DNA of 64,000 nucleotides. Source: Patescibacteria group bacterium. GTDB taxonomy: Bacteria; Patescibacteriota; Microgenomatia; UBA10105; UBA927. This document shows positions 9,813-19,616 of this stretch, one piece after another. How positions within the stretch are numbered: the first letter of the stretch is position 1; each line of letters begins with the position of its first letter. The translations under genes and the position numbers were made by a program. Location of the stretch: contig JBMOPU010000012.1 of the NCBI GenBank assembly GCA_049322955.1, positions 788,791-852,790 on the forward strand, read 5' to 3'. Below the pieces are notes generated by a model, which did not search any database, was not told the DNA's origin, and saw only the letters and a list, made by a program, of their open reading frames with translations.

Positions 9813-10916
9813 ATGACGCGAAAATCGGTGTTTTTGGTCATCATTGCCGTCTATATTGCCGTTTTCAGTGTGCATGCGTGGTATCTCCAAAAAACCGTCT
9901 ATGGTGACGGCATTTTTTATTATTCCTGGCTTCGATCGGTCGTCGTTGACCGTGATATCCACTTTGCCAACGAGTACCTAAAATCATCGGTTTCTCAACC
10001 GATGATTACGGAAACCAAACCAGGCAATAAGTACAGTATCGGACCGGCACTGTTTTGGGCACCGCCCTACGTAGCGATCCACACCGCACTACGGGGAGAC
10101 GGATGGACGTTAGCGTATCAGGTTGCGGCAGGGGTAACTTCCGTTGCCGCTTCTCTTGCGGGACTCATTTTATTAACCCGCCTGCCTCGTTTCCCGTCAG
10201 CCGTGATTGCCAGTACTATTTTGCTTCTTGCCGGTGCGACGAATTTACTGTTTTACGGAGCAATCGATCCCGTGAATTCACATGCGCTTTCCTTTTTTTG
10301 TGCGGTGATCTTTTTGGCGTTTTTGGGGATGCCGCAAAAAAATTGGAGTGCAATCGGCGTGAGTCTTGCCCTACTGGCATCCGTACGACTGCAGGACCTG
10401 GTGTACGTTTTGTTATTGTTGCCGCATGCGAAGCAGATTCGTTGGCAGAATTTGCTTGCCGGTTTCGGGATCGGGTTTATACCCCAGCTGGCCGCGTGGT
10501 ACGCACTCTACGGCACCCTCGCCAATCCATACCTTGCGGGCGGCGAAGGTTTTACGTTCCTCAGACCGCACATGTGGGGAGTACTTTTCGGCATCCAAAA
10601 CGGTCTCTTCCTTTGGACGCCGATTGTTGCCGTGGGCGTGTACGGATTACTCAGCAAATGGCGGAAATATAGGATGTATCTGCTCATTTTTGGCTTACAG
10701 TTATACTTTGTGTCAAGTTGGAGCACCTGGTGGCAAGGTGCCAGCGTCAGCGGACGCATGTTTGTGAGTACACTTCCGCTGATTGCATACGGGATTTCAG
10801 AGGTTATATCTACCCTTTATCGCCACCGGATTCTTCGAGGAGTTCTGCCGCACATCACCGTGAGCGTTTGTGTCATCAATGCCCTGGGGATCGCGTATTA
10901 CCTTGTCAGCCACTAA
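9813..10916 (+). CDS. Polytopic membrane protein, probable GT-C glycosyltransferase
   Basis: GDGIFYYSWLRSVVVDRD, NKYSIGPA, GLFLWTP, WSTWWQGASVSGR; start moved to ATG 9813 behind a TATCAT box. Confidence 0.7.
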   Translation: MTRKSVFLVIIAVYIAVFSVHAWYLQKTVYGDGIFYYSWLRSVVVDRDIHFANEYLKSSVSQPMITETKPGNKYSIGPALFWAPPYVAIHTALRGDGWTLAYQVAAGVTSVAASLAGLILLTRLPRFPSAVIASTILLLAGATNLLFYGAIDPVNSHALSFFCAVIFLAFLGMPQKNWSAIGVSLALLASVRLQDLVYVLLLLPHAKQIRWQNLLAGFGIGFIPQLAAWYALYGTLANPYLAGGEGFTFLRPHMWGVLFGIQNGLFLWTPIVAVGVYGLLSKWRKYRMYLLIFGLQLYFVSSWSTWWQGASVSGRMFVSTLPLIAYGISEVISTLYRHRILRGVLPHITVSVCVINALGIAYYLVSH

Positions 10917-12057
10917 GCACTTCGTTGTACAAGTCTGCAATTTGACGGGCGCCGACAGTTATGTCGTGTACGACTTGTGCCCGTTTGCGCGCACGCGTTG
11001 CCAGCGTAGCGCGCAGTTGCGGTGTGGTCACTAATTTGGTTATGGCGGATGCAAGTGCTGATGCGTCGCCGGGTGGAACAAGCAATGCCGCGCCGCCGAC
11101 GTTTTCCGGAATACCCCCGGTGCGTGTCGTCACAATAGGGAGCCCTGTTGCCTGCGCTTCCAGAAGCGTCATCCCATATTGCTCTTCCCATGTGGCAATC
11201 GGTTTGCTCGGGGCGACAAAAATATCGGCTGAGCGATAGATAGTCGGCATCCGGTCATACGTAGCACTCTCTAAACTAGAGTGCCAATTTTTCCCTTTTT
11301 CCTCAGAAAGCCGCAAAACGTCCCGTTTGAGTGCGCCATCTCCAACGAATCGCCATCGAAATTCGTACGTACGTAACTGCGGCATAGCCCCCAATCGACG
11401 TACGGTCTCAAGAAGCTCGTCTATCCCTTTTTCCTGAACCAGCCTGCCGGCATATAAAATGGTAAAGGACTTTTTCCCGGGGGCTCCTGCCTTTCGCTCC
11501 CACCCTACGGGCGGATGAAATCGTGACGTATCCACGTGTGCCCCGATAACGCTAATGCGCGCGCCGTCAGCTCCCTCCATAATGAGTGCCTCTTTGGCCT
11601 TCCGGGTTACGGCGATGATGTGATCAAGCTCCTGAATCGCCCGCTGTTTGAAATGTGCCCGCCCCCATATGCCTTCATTGGCATGGGGAAGCGTCTCCCA
11701 TACGGTGGCGATGACTTTCTTCACCATACCCGCCTTTTTGGCATCAAGGCATTGCTTGGTGTAGTGGTAGTAGGTTTCGGCGGTATGCGCGATATCTACA
11801 CCCGCAAGCCGCTTCTCCAGCCCGAATAGGTAATGCGCATCGACGAATATTCGATTGAGGATCGGCATCTTGTACGGAAAATTCGGTATATCCATAGGGC
11901 TAAAAAGCGCGGTCACCGGGAAGGGAAAAGAGTGATGAATGCTTTTTTGGGATCCGATCGCCGTGAGATCAAAGCGACGAGAGAGCGGCGCAAAACTCTG
12001 CATATCATACCGGTTTAGAAATGCGCCGCGGACAAGGGCAACTCGTGGTTTTTGCAT
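10906..12057 (-). CDS. GT4 glycosyltransferase
   Basis: YAGRLVQEKG, EQYGMTLLEAQATGLP. Confidence 0.9.
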   Translation of the reverse strand: MQKPRVALVRGAFLNRYDMQSFAPLSRRFDLTAIGSQKSIHHSFPFPVTALFSPMDIPNFPYKMPILNRIFVDAHYLFGLEKRLAGVDIAHTAETYYHYTKQCLDAKKAGMVKKVIATVWETLPHANEGIWGRAHFKQRAIQELDHIIAVTRKAKEALIMEGADGARISVIGAHVDTSRFHPPVGWERKAGAPGKKSFTILYAGRLVQEKGIDELLETVRRLGAMPQLRTYEFRWRFVGDGALKRDVLRLSEEKGKNWHSSLESATYDRMPTIYRSADIFVAPSKPIATWEEQYGMTLLEAQATGLPIVTTRTGGIPENVGGAALLVPPGDASALASAITKLVTTPQLRATLATRARKRAQVVHDITVGARQIADLYNEVLSG

Positions 12058-12067
12058 ACGGATGGGG

Positions 12068-13144
12068 TTAGAAAACACTCGCAACACTTTGTGCAAAACC
12101 CGACCAGGTAAATTGCTTGGCGCGTGTTTTCCCCATATGCGCCAAGGTATGACGGAGATCTTTTTGTGTGGCTATTCGTATCATCGCACGGGTGAGGGCG
12201 GCGTCATCCTCCGGATCCACCAGTAGACCCGCATTTTCCACCACCTCAGGATATGAACCTGCGGTTGATCCGATAACAGGAGTGCCCGTCGCCATGGCTT
12301 CAACGACCGGAAGACCGAACCCTTCAATGAGCGATACACTGACAAACGCGGTGGCACCCCGATAATACTGGGAAAGGGTTTCATCATCGACAAACCCTAT
12401 CGTGTGCACCCTGTCTCGTATGCCGAGCGCGTTAATGGTTGCCGAGATCCCCGGATCTAACCAGTAATCGCTTCCCGCCAGGATAAAATCATACGGCGTT
12501 TTACTCGACTTCAAAAAATCCGCGAATGACCGAAGCATCATCGGAACGTTTTTCCCCGGTTTCAAGGAACCGACAAACAAAAAGTACGGATTCGTTCCCT
12601 TAAATACCGGACCGGTTGGATGGAATTGTTTTTCCACACCCAAATAGGCAACCGTGAGCTTCTCCGGCCGTACCTTGTAATGTTTCCGTATGCTTGCGGC
12701 GGATGCATGTGAGATGGTGATGATATGATCGGCACGCCGAACGACATCGGCTGTTTGTCGGGAAAGGGCAAAATACGACTCGCGATAAAATTCTGGCTGA
12801 TCCATGAATCCGACGTCATAAATAAACCCGATTTTTCTAACGTCGTACAATGTAAGTGGAAGGGCTTGTGAAATACCTAAATACACCTCTACGGGATGTT
12901 TGATAAGTTCTATCGGTTGCCAGATTTTTTGAAACCCGTGGCGCGGTAATCCGACAAATGAAACATTCTTTCGGATAAGCGAAGCACTACCCTCCTCTCC
13001 CCTTTTGAAGCTGTACACCCTATAGTCATTTGCCGCGGCAAATCGGGGCAATTCTTTCACGAGGTTATAGGCTACCCGATACACACCGACTTTTAACCGG
13101 TCATCCGAGATAGAAAGTGCACCGCCGTCTATGCCAACCTTCAT
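12068..13144 (-). CDS. GT4 glycosyltransferase (MtfB-like)
   Basis: FVGSLKPGKN, EGFGLPVVEAMATG. Confidence 0.9.
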   Translation of the reverse strand: MKVGIDGGALSISDDRLKVGVYRVAYNLVKELPRFAAANDYRVYSFKRGEEGSASLIRKNVSFVGLPRHGFQKIWQPIELIKHPVEVYLGISQALPLTLYDVRKIGFIYDVGFMDQPEFYRESYFALSRQTADVVRRADHIITISHASAASIRKHYKVRPEKLTVAYLGVEKQFHPTGPVFKGTNPYFLFVGSLKPGKNVPMMLRSFADFLKSSKTPYDFILAGSDYWLDPGISATINALGIRDRVHTIGFVDDETLSQYYRGATAFVSVSLIEGFGLPVVEAMATGTPVIGSTAGSYPEVVENAGLLVDPEDDAALTRAMIRIATQKDLRHTLAHMGKTRAKQFTWSGFAQSVASVF

Positions 13145-13920
13145 AATTTTCCTTCCTTTATCATACCAAAGCGACCGAAGACGAAATCGCGAAGCCCGAG
13201 CAATGCCCCTTTTTCCCGGCGAGCGACGTGTTCATACAGCGTTTTCCCCAGACGGAAAAATTCGTAGAGCTTTACGGGAGTAGGCGCCAGGCGGGCAACA
13301 AACAGCATATGATTCCGCGCGAGATAGTACTGATGCAACTCCGATCCTCTCCCCAATGAAGCGGATTCTTCATGGGCAACGTCGACAAGATCTATACGCG
13401 TTAACGGATACCCTGCGTTTTTGGTACGGATGCAGTAGTCCGCGTCTTCGTAATAGAGAAAGTACGGTTCGTAGAAGTAGCCGACTTTGCCGATGATGCG
13501 CTCATGGATCGCAACGCATGAACCCGTGAGATAATCAAGCTTTTTCGAGGGAAGAATGGTCGTCCAGCGACTTTCATCGAGCCCCGCGGCAAAGGTGCCT
13601 GCTACACATGGAGGAAGTTTCCGGAGCTGACGAATAAGCGATAACACGGCCGGTCGGGTAAGCACCATATCCTGATTTAAAATCACAAACCATTTGGCGC
13701 CGAAGCCGCTGGCGTTATGTATCCCGATATTTGCCGCCGCACCGTAGCCAACATTTTTTGTCTGCGACAACAGTGTAGCGCGCCCCACATCATCAAGGGT
13801 CAACGTTCCTCCGTTATCGACGATAATGACGGGATACCCTTCCAAGGTACGAAGCAACCTCCGAAAGTCGCGCATCTTCGGGCGATACGCGATGATAATA
13901 AATGCGATGGACTTGTTCAT
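13141..13920 (-). CDS. GT2 glycosyltransferase (rhamnosyltransferase-like)
   Basis: IVDNG, NVGYGAAANIG, LNQD, YFLYYEDADYC. Confidence 0.9.
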   Translation of the reverse strand: MNKSIAFIIIAYRPKMRDFRRLLRTLEGYPVIIVDNGGTLTLDDVGRATLLSQTKNVGYGAAANIGIHNASGFGAKWFVILNQDMVLTRPAVLSLIRQLRKLPPCVAGTFAAGLDESRWTTILPSKKLDYLTGSCVAIHERIIGKVGYFYEPYFLYYEDADYCIRTKNAGYPLTRIDLVDVAHEESASLGRGSELHQYYLARNHMLFVARLAPTPVKLYEFFRLGKTLYEHVARREKGALLGLRDFVFGRFGMIKEGKL

Positions 13921-15338
13921 TTTCTCCTGAGCAATTCCCCGCCTTCCGCCGGCGGCGCGCCTATTTTTTCATACTTTGCCGAAACATACAAGAAAAGTGC
14001 CTCCGGCGCGTATCCATCGTAATATTTATTCGGCGGATGAAACGGAGCGTACAGGATGTACTCGGGCTTTGCGGCTTCAAGCGAGCGGATCAGCCGGTCT
14101 TCCATGCCGGGAACTTTTCCGTTCCACGGAAAAAGAGGAACCCAGGGAAGCACTACCGGTGTTTCATTTCGCCCAAAGTACACATAATCGTAATTTCCCA
14201 AAACATACAGACTCCCGGGAGCATGGTCATCGAGATATGAAACAAGCGATTCATACTTGGCGGTAAAAAAAGTCGGTTGCATCGGGTCACGAAGCGTGAC
14301 AAAGACTCTGAAGCTCCGCCAGCTCCCGAGAATTGTCAGACATATCGCAAAAACAAGTAAGACAATTCGCGTGTTTTTCTTGTGATAATCAACGGCTCCG
14401 AGAAACGAAAGCCCCACAGCAATAAACGCAAGCATCGGTTGCAATCGATGCAGTCCCCATCGAGGAAGACCGGCCAAAAGTACCGCCACCGTGAACACGA
14501 TAAGGAGCAATCGCTCTTTTTTCATGGGTGACAGGATAAGTGCGGCAAAAGGGATGAGCGCCGGGGCAATGAGGGTCAGATCGGAACGGGGCGGAGCAAG
14601 CGCATACATGCTTGATTGTCCCGACAGAAAACCCAAAAATCCGAATACCCAGAAGCCGTATTCGACACCCGCACCCTGAAGGGCAAAGTATCCCCAGGAT
14701 ATGCCTTGCATGACAACGGTAACCGCACCGATAGCAACCGCATGAAAAAAGGATGAACGTTTTTCCTTTCCCGTTAGCCAGATAAACAGACATATGAAAG
14801 CAAGCGGCCAAATAGCGGTTTGTTTGATCAGCGTCGCGATGCCCAGGATGGCTCCCACCAAAAGCACGCGGGACAACCGCGGTCTCTCAATATAACCGAG
14901 AAGTAATAAGTAGGTAAGAAGGTAGAGCGGGGCAAGTATCGTCTCATACCAAATGGTATTACCGGAAAAAATCGGTTGCCAAAGAACGAAAAAGAAAAGA
15001 GCAATAATGCCCATCAATCCCGACTTTGTGACTTTCCTGGACACCACATAAACCAGCCAATCGGTCAGCAAAATAAATCCGTATGCGATAGCTCGTTCGG
15101 AACCCGGACTATAACCGAGAAGTGAATATAACCCATGAAGCAAATAATACGACCCGGGGACATACGCGAGTACAACATCACGATAGTACAACATTCCTTT
15201 GCTGAGAAACCACGGATAGACCAGCATCTCAGGCCAATCCACGAATGTCGTATGGAACAGCAACCAAAGATGGAAGGCAATCGCAGTAAGGAACGCGGTG
15301 ATCTCCAAATACGGATTTAGCCGAAAATATTTCGCCAT
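13917..15338 (-). CDS. Polytopic membrane protein, ArnT/PMT-like GT-C
   Basis: About 11 TM segments, WPEML.YP...G...YRD, LIKQ; probable start MAKYFRL. Confidence 0.7.
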   Translation of the reverse strand: MAKYFRLNPYLEITAFLTAIAFHLWLLFHTTFVDWPEMLVYPWFLSKGMLYYRDVVLAYVPGSYYLLHGLYSLLGYSPGSERAIAYGFILLTDWLVYVVSRKVTKSGLMGIIALFFFVLWQPIFSGNTIWYETILAPLYLLTYLLLLGYIERPRLSRVLLVGAILGIATLIKQTAIWPLAFICLFIWLTGKEKRSSFFHAVAIGAVTVVMQGISWGYFALQGAGVEYGFWVFGFLGFLSGQSSMYALAPPRSDLTLIAPALIPFAALILSPMKKERLLLIVFTVAVLLAGLPRWGLHRLQPMLAFIAVGLSFLGAVDYHKKNTRIVLLVFAICLTILGSWRSFRVFVTLRDPMQPTFFTAKYESLVSYLDDHAPGSLYVLGNYDYVYFGRNETPVVLPWVPLFPWNGKVPGMEDRLIRSLEAAKPEYILYAPFHPPNKYYDGYAPEALFLYVSAKYEKIGAPPAEGGELLRRK

Positions 15339-16009
15339 AGCAGTAACCAATACATAAGGCTTTCCATATAGCCGAAGCAAAGTGCTATGAGTATTCCTCG
15401 CCATCCGTCCCGCCACCCCTCATCTTTAATGGCTCGCGCCCAAACCATATGAGGACCGTAGAGAAAAAGTTTTTTGAGCGTTACTCTTTCTCCCGCTTTT
15501 TTCTTTTCCCCTGCCATCTGCCATGCATATTTAGTGAATTTGAGTAGAACATAAGTAATTGACCTATATGAATAGTGCAATATTTTGCCACGACATACGC
15601 CAATATCTCCATTTACGGATATTTCCTCATGTATTGGCAACTCCGATACAGATGCTTTTATTTTTTTAAATAAACGTACTTTTTTGTACACTTCCCCCCC
15701 ATATAAAAGTGGCTTATCACCGACATGGTTTTGATATCTAATTGCATAGCCTGAAATCAAGATATTAGGGTTGCTAATAATCCTTCGAATATCAATTAAA
15801 AGATCGTCTGTAACGATCTCATCAGTATCAAGCAATAAGACCCATTCATAAGCGGCAAGTCTTAAGAGATGATTCTTTCGAGCACCTAGAGGCTCGTAAC
15901 CATTTTGACTAATATCTACGATTATTTGTGGGTTTAACGGTAATACGCTTTTAATAGTTCTAATTAAGTAATCGTCTATTTTTTGGCAAATGATCAAAAT
16001 AGATATCAT
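15317..16009 (-). CDS. GT2 glycosyltransferase
   Basis: WVLLLDTDE, IHE, HYSYRS, GWRDGWRG. Confidence 0.85.
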   Translation of the reverse strand: MISILIICQKIDDYLIRTIKSVLPLNPQIIVDISQNGYEPLGARKNHLLRLAAYEWVLLLDTDEIVTDDLLIDIRRIISNPNILISGYAIRYQNHVGDKPLLYGGEVYKKVRLFKKIKASVSELPIHEEISVNGDIGVCRGKILHYSYRSITYVLLKFTKYAWQMAGEKKKAGERVTLKKLFLYGPHMVWARAIKDEGWRDGWRGILIALCFGYMESLMYWLLLWRNIFG

Positions 16010-16011
16010 AA

Positions 16012-16857
16012 TTATAATTTCTTCAAAAGAAGTAAAGATAAACCGCCTCGATTCGTTATAACACTTAGCAACTCAATTATATGTAATATAGGCATAAGGA
16101 TAATAAATAAACACTTAGTGAACATATTTTTCTTGAATATGCCCATAATATTTAAGATGAAGTCATTTCGATCTTGGTATGTAAATTTCTTTAATATGAT
16201 AAATCCTCTATTTTGCATGTATTGCGATATAAAATCAAAAGAAAAATGAAGCACATGGTCGGGAATTGACCACCAATCCCATTTTTCTCCTGTAATATAT
16301 GCCATATAACTTTTGTAATTTGGTACTTGAAGCAAAAGAAGACCATTTGGTTTTAAAACCCGCTTTAGTTCTGTAATATTATTATTAATGTTAATGCTGT
16401 GTTCTAGTACATCAAGACAAGTTATCACATCAAAGAAATTATCGTTGTAAGGTATTTGATCTAGGGAACCTGTAGCGATATTCAGTTTAGAATTAAGTTT
16501 TGCTACTTTCCGCAATTTATCGTTTGGTTCAACACCATATGGATTAAAAAAGCTATTCTTTTTAACATATTTTAGAAAAAAGCCCGTGCCACAACCAATA
16601 TCAAGCAAGTTTCCATCTGTTTTATATCTATTGATTAAATGTAGGAAATTTTTATATCTCTCATTAAACTTACTCAATTTTTCCTCATAATCTTTTGCAT
16701 AACCTGTTTCATATTGTTTTTTTATAAATTTTTTTCTTTTTTCTTCATCTACTGGGTTAAAAAGTAAGGTGCATTTATTGCATGAAAAAATCACATGACC
16801 ACTTATATTTGCATATTCACTAGTAATTTCTGAGCCACATGATGGACACGGATACAT
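16012..16857 (-). CDS. Class I SAM methyltransferase with N-terminal Zn-ribbon (glycan-cluster type)
   Basis: CPSC...CNKC, LLDIGCGTG, FDVITCLDVLEH, LKPNG. Confidence 0.88.
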   Translation of the reverse strand: MYPCPSCGSEITSEYANISGHVIFSCNKCTLLFNPVDEEKRKKFIKKQYETGYAKDYEEKLSKFNERYKNFLHLINRYKTDGNLLDIGCGTGFFLKYVKKNSFFNPYGVEPNDKLRKVAKLNSKLNIATGSLDQIPYNDNFFDVITCLDVLEHSININNNITELKRVLKPNGLLLLQVPNYKSYMAYITGEKWDWWSIPDHVLHFSFDFISQYMQNRGFIILKKFTYQDRNDFILNIMGIFKKNMFTKCLFIILMPILHIIELLSVITNRGGLSLLLLKKL

Positions 16858-16954
16858 GCGGGTAGTTTATCACATTCTTTATGTGGTATTTCTTACTGAC
16901 AATATTTTTATGTAGTGCTATTTTCAAAATTATATTTGTAGCCGCAGGAGATTT

Positions 16955-18937
16955 ATGAAATTATTCCTGTCCACTCTAGCGGTTTTGATTTTCTGTATTT
17001 TTCTTTTAGCTCAAACCACGTCGGTTAAGGCGTCTTATATCTTCTCTGATTCCTTTTTAAACTCATATAGCAATGAATGGAGCGTACCTAGTAGTACTTT
17101 CCCTCCCGTTTTAACTTCATCCGGGATTACAGGTACTGATATAAGTAATTCGTGGACTGTTTTGGAATATGCTATTGCAGGCAACTATATTTATCAGATT
17201 GAATTTGATATTACTGTTAATAAATCAACAAGCCAACAAACATGGGGACTTGGTATAGGTGATAACCAAAATAACTGGAAAATTATAAACACATGGCAAA
17301 ATTATCTTCAATTACATGATTCAAATAATAACGATAAGCTTGTGTCTTGGAATCATTCTTTAGGCAAGCATCATTTCGTTGTAAGAATATCACCTCAATC
17401 TAACACAGACATTATTATTTATGAGGACGATATTTTGTTAGGATCCGTTAACACCTCTTCTTCCTTTGAATTAACTAGAGTTTGGATATCTTTTTTGGGT
17501 AACGGAGACTACGAAATGGCAAATTTTGTTCTTTCCACATACGAAGAACCTACACCGACCCCAACGGTAGAACCGACGTTAACCCCGACACCATCGCCCA
17601 CTCCTACACCAACGCCTTTACCGACAGCGACTCCCACACCGGCATCTGAAGCACCCCGGAAAGTTATCGTCATACATGGCGCGGGAGGAAGTTGGAACAA
17701 AGACGCCCTCCTAAATTGCAAAACGACCGAATATTCGGGAGATTGGTCGCCGTGGAAAATAAAAAATGCTGATATATATGATTCACTTACCAATAATATA
17801 CGAGCACACGGATATGAAGTGTTGCCGTTTTACTACGATTGGCGAAGAAATGCACCGGATTCCGCACAACAACTCAACGCATTTATCACTTCCCGAGTGC
17901 CAGCCGGTCAGATGGCTGATGTCGTGGCACACAGTTTTGGCGGAATAGTGAGCCGAACATATGTGGCATCCGCAAAAAGCGAAAGTCGTATCCGATCGCT
18001 ACTCACGGTTGGCACCCCGCATCAGGGATCAGTGCTTGCATATCCTGCGTGGTCTGCAGGCGAAATGTGGATAGACGATATCTCAATACGGCTCGGATTT
18101 ACCATGATGCGCGTAGGGTGTGCCATCAAAAACGACATGTCCGCGCGGGAAACAGTACATGTATCAATTCCGGCAACACAAAACATTTTACCGATATTTG
18201 ATTATCTGAAAACACCGTCGGGGAAAACCATTTCCGTAGCGGAAATGACGGCAACAAATAATCTGCTTCCCGATACATATGTGCCGCCTTACTACGACAT
18301 ACGGGTAGGTGCTCTATCCGGTTCCGGATATCAGACGCTTCGCACGCTAGAAGTACAACCGGCAAGCAAAAATGATCGTCGGCTAGGGAATTGGACAGAC
18401 GGTAGGCCGACAAATAATAAAGCCTATGCCGATGGTGACGGCACGGTATTAACCGAGAGTAGCGTGTTATCGGATGCTGAAAATGTAATACTTCCGCTCG
18501 ATCATGCCGGATTGGTGACTGATCCGACCGGAATCGATGCCATACTTGGTTTTCTTGATAACCAGGCTTTTACACAATCAATGCTGAGATTGAACAGGCA
18601 AACACCAATCAAAATCAAACCTGCAAAAAACACCTCGGCACTTCTTCTCGTTGCCGATAACGCGCATCTTACGCTTACCGACAATAACGGAAATAAAACG
18701 ACCGATGATGAAGGGCAAATCACCATTCTCGATCCCCACCTGCAGGCATATACCCTTACTGTCATACCGTCTAAAAAATGGTGGTGGCAGAAAAAAGCGA
18801 AAATTATCGTTATCCAGCTCTTCGACGACGGCACTTCAACCTGGAAAGAATATACCCACACGGGCACCGGGAACAAAAAATGGAAACTTCGATTTGATGC
18901 GCATCGAAAAAACAACGACATCCTACATGACCGATGA
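16955..18937 (+). CDS. Secreted LCAT/PGAP1-like alpha/beta hydrolase (lipase/acyltransferase) with N-terminal beta domain and PT linker
   Basis: Signal peptide, IHGAGG, YYDWR, VAHSFGG nucleophile elbow, GTPHQGS, DGDGTV, LDH. Confidence 0.8.
   Translation: MKLFLSTLAVLIFCIFLLAQTTSVKASYIFSDSFLNSYSNEWSVPSSTFPPVLTSSGITGTDISNSWTVLEYAIAGNYIYQIEFDITVNKSTSQQTWGLGIGDNQNNWKIINTWQNYLQLHDSNNNDKLVSWNHSLGKHHFVVRISPQSNTDIIIYEDDILLGSVNTSSSFELTRVWISFLGNGDYEMANFVLSTYEEPTPTPTVEPTLTPTPSPTPTPTPLPTATPTPASEAPRKVIVIHGAGGSWNKDALLNCKTTEYSGDWSPWKIKNADIYDSLTNNIRAHGYEVLPFYYDWRRNAPDSAQQLNAFITSRVPAGQMADVVAHSFGGIVSRTYVASAKSESRIRSLLTVGTPHQGSVLAYPAWSAGEMWIDDISIRLGFTMMRVGCAIKNDMSARETVHVSIPATQNILPIFDYLKTPSGKTISVAEMTATNNLLPDTYVPPYYDIRVGALSGSGYQTLRTLEVQPASKNDRRLGNWTDGRPTNNKAYADGDGTVLTESSVLSDAENVILPLDHAGLVTDPTGIDAILGFLDNQAFTQSMLRLNRQTPIKIKPAKNTSALLLVADNAHLTLTDNNGNKTTDDEGQITILDPHLQAYTLTVIPSKKWWWQKKAKIIVIQLFDDGTSTWKEYTHTGTGNKKWKLRFDAHRKNNDILHDR
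17548..17642 (+). repeat. Pro-Thr low-complexity linker (coding)
   Basis: PTPTPTVEPTLTPTPSPTPTPTPLPTATPTP. Confidence 0.8.
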
Positions 18938-18957
18938 TTCGATGGCAAAATGAACCG

Positions 18958-19251
18958 CTATTTTACCTCGTGATATTTCAACATTGTTTGTAGCGCTACT
19001 CTTGAAGGATTAAAAAGTACCGCTTTCATTTCCATGTTCGGCCAGACCCCACGGCGCAGATAGATACGGGGCGTTTCGGTATGCCCGTCTATGGAAGCCA
19101 TTTTTGCCACGGCCTGTATGACCGGAGCCTCCGAACTCATATTATGAAATTCAAACGCAAGTCCCGCCCTTTCTAACGCTTCAGTGACCGTTGCCGTCGC
19201 GTCACTGATTTTGTAGCCATATACATCGATCATCCACTTAGCTTCTGTCAT
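18958..19251 (-). CDS. Glutaredoxin/NrdH-fold-like protein with no cysteines
   Basis: IDVYG...VTEALERAGLAFEFHNM...TPRIYL...FNPS follows the Grx pattern; TATAAT-N6-ATG start. Confidence 0.5.
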   Translation of the reverse strand: MTEAKWMIDVYGYKISDATATVTEALERAGLAFEFHNMSSEAPVIQAVAKMASIDGHTETPRIYLRRGVWPNMEMKAVLFNPSRVALQTMLKYHEVK

Positions 19252-19306
19252 GGATGAATTATACCGTAAAATGTGTACTTTAGCGCGTATTTACAAGGCA
19301 AAGCGG

Positions 19307-19603
19307 TTACTCAGCAAGGAGAATCAGCCGTGGACCCGGTCGATCGGACTGAGGAGTACGCGAAACTCTGGTGAACCGAATATCGGTGATATTTGCCCGC
19401 ATATCACACATTGCCTCCCATCCTGTTTTTTGAGAAACATACGATGCCCTCTCCTCGCCGTCGGTTGTCTGTACCATGAAGAATGTTCCTTTATCGTCGA
19501 GAGGACTTTCAAAAATAAGAAGCGCTTCGGACTTTTTGGCACTGTTCCGCTTGCCGTGCGCGTAAAACACGTATTGTTCGCATTCCGCAATTTTCGTACT
19601 CAC
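19307..19603 (-). CDS. Hypothetical protein
   Basis: 98 aa ORF with GAGGTAGG upstream of GTG, in series with its neighbours. Confidence 0.55.
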   Translation of the reverse strand: MSTKIAECEQYVFYAHGKRNSAKKSEALLIFESPLDDKGTFFMVQTTDGEERASYVSQKTGWEAMCDMRANITDIRFTRVSRTPQSDRPGPRLILLAE

Positions 19604-19616
19604 CTACCTCATTTGC

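Noticed and set aside
19329-19337. gtggacccg matching the tRNA-Val 3' end as a possible att site
   Set aside because: Only 9 bp, inside an ORF, expected by chance; no integrase present
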